In this document: one piece after another, positions 62,860 through 64,000 of the stretch
Layout: each line of letters opens with the position of its first letter
How positions within the stretch are numbered: the first letter of the stretch is position 1
DNA from: a virus
DNA: 64,000 bases
Direction: 5' to 3' (one strand)
Virus record (IMG/VR): IMGVR_UViG_3300045049_000125
Span: 1-64,000 of that record
Position numbers and translations under genes: made by a program
The notes under the pieces: generated by a model
Seen by the model: the letters and a program-made list of their open reading frames with translations, nothing else
The model's database searches: none
What the model was told of the DNA's origin: nothing

Positions 62860-64000
62860 ATGAAACGATTGTATTTGTTTTTCATACTCATTGCCTTTTC
62901 GGTGTTCTTTTCACCGATTCACGGCAATGTGTTCGCTCAACCGGTGAGTCCTTCGCAGCTATCCACTCTTCCACCGGATGGAAATCTGAGTTTCAATTAC
63001 GCAAATCTGCCGGTGACATTTACGGGATTCGATTCGGACACGGTTTTGCAAACCGGATTTCCCTATCCGCATAATCAGTCTCTGAATCCTCAGTTTTATA
63101 GCAGCGGTCCTTACTTTTGGATTACCAACGGTGGCGATCCGACAAAGAAGCCAACGTTGTCTATCAAAATGCCAAATGGCATTTCCGCTTATGAGGGACA
63201 GACTGGAAACACAGTTTCTCAGGTTGATATCAAATGGGGAGAGACCGCCGTTTTGTTTCAGGACAACAGCGCCGGTTCTATCTACGGCGTAACTGTCACT
63301 TATTACTCCAATCCGGATAATCCACCCATTCCTGTTGCCAAAGAGAATTCCCTTGGCGGAGTGCTCGGCGGGACAGCGGGCGATGTTGTGGTTGACGGAA
63401 CCGGTAAGATGACCATTCCAACAGCTCTTAAAACGACTGGTGGAACGATGACGTCCGGTCTCCTGGATATTCGCAAATCAACAACCACGTTCCCCGCGTG
63501 GATTCGCATATCGCAGGCGGTGGCTCAAAACGGTGTTACAACATTCGGACCTACTGCCGAATATTTGCGATTGGGCGGAGGCGAATGGAACGTCAATTCT
63601 TATCGTCTCATTGGTTTTGGATACGCTCCCAACGCTACGGATAATCCTCCGGCATACGTCGGATTTCAAGAGACGAACAAGAGCGGTAACACGCAAGGCA
63701 ATCTCCTTTTCGCGACTCGTGGCGCCACATCGAACACGCCACCCACTACTCGCCTGACTATTCTCGCTAACGGGGATATTCAAGCAGCAACAGGCTATAA
63801 CCCGGTCAATGCTCTGTCGTTAACCACAAAGGGTTATGTGGACTCCATGCCGGGCATTGGTCCTACCAATGTGCTTAGTTCGGCTTCATGTGCTCCGACA
63901 ACCATTGTCAATTTTGAATTTGACATTCTTTTCGGATGCACGTCGATGACAATCCCTAAGATTTCGGATTTGAAAGCTAAAGGGGTTCGCGATGGAACCT
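62860..64000 (+). CDS. Fibre-like protein with N-terminal signal peptide (3'-truncated; absent from the ORF track)
   Basis: AAGGAG RBS; MKRLYLFFILIAFSVFFSPIHGNVFA-QP; frame open to the window end; A..NSLGGV, GGTMT and TKGYVD fibre motifs. Confidence 0.7.
   Translation, partial: MKRLYLFFILIAFSVFFSPIHGNVFAQPVSPSQLSTLPPDGNLSFNYANLPVTFTGFDSDTVLQTGFPYPHNQSLNPQFYSSGPYFWITNGGDPTKKPTLSIKMPNGISAYEGQTGNTVSQVDIKWGETAVLFQDNSAGSIYGVTVTYYSNPDNPPIPVAKENSLGGVLGGTAGDVVVDGTGKMTIPTALKTTGGTMTSGLLDIRKSTTTFPAWIRISQAVAQNGVTTFGPTAEYLRLGGGEWNVNSYRLIGFGYAPNATDNPPAYVGFQETNKSGNTQGNLLFATRGATSNTPPTTRLTILANGDIQAATGYNPVNALSLTTKGYVDSMPGIGPTNVLSSASCAPTTIVNFEFDILFGCTSMTIPKISDLKAKGVRDGT

Overview
The whole window reads as most of the genome of a tailed dsDNA phage with a contractile tail (myovirus-type baseplate), probably infecting a GC-rich Gram-negative host. 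No integrase or immunity repressor is visible in the window. Layout: (1) 1-11085, + strand: tail chaperone with a -1 frameshift, tape measure, baseplate, tail fibre, holin and M15 endolysin. (2) 11193-30260, - strand: accessory/early region of many small genes behind repeated sigma70-like promoters and a shared leader motif. It includes a secreted GH108 lysozyme, a YadA-like autotransporter, an orphan HigA fusion and an amidoligase. (3) 30261-57646, - strand: replication and recombination genes (primase-helicase, SSB, Sak4, C5 methyltransferase with a nested second ORF, ligase, ThyX, MazG-like protein, PolB, beta-clamp-like protein, SF2 helicase, Cas4-like nuclease). An 8-member tRNA array, the terminase genes and the spanins sit inside this arm. 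(4) 57963-64000, + strand: portal fused to a pyrophosphatase-like domain, MuF head protein and fibre-like genes. The most notable observations are two homologous 109-nt rod-plus-kissing-loop elements in inverted orientation 32 kb apart (25636-25744 and 57740-57848), a compact tRNA with alanine identity elements but a CCU (Arg) anticodon, several non-tRNA structured segments inside the tRNA array, and a frame-nested two-polypeptide methyltransferase. All family names come from motif recognition by eye; no database searches or folding programs were run.
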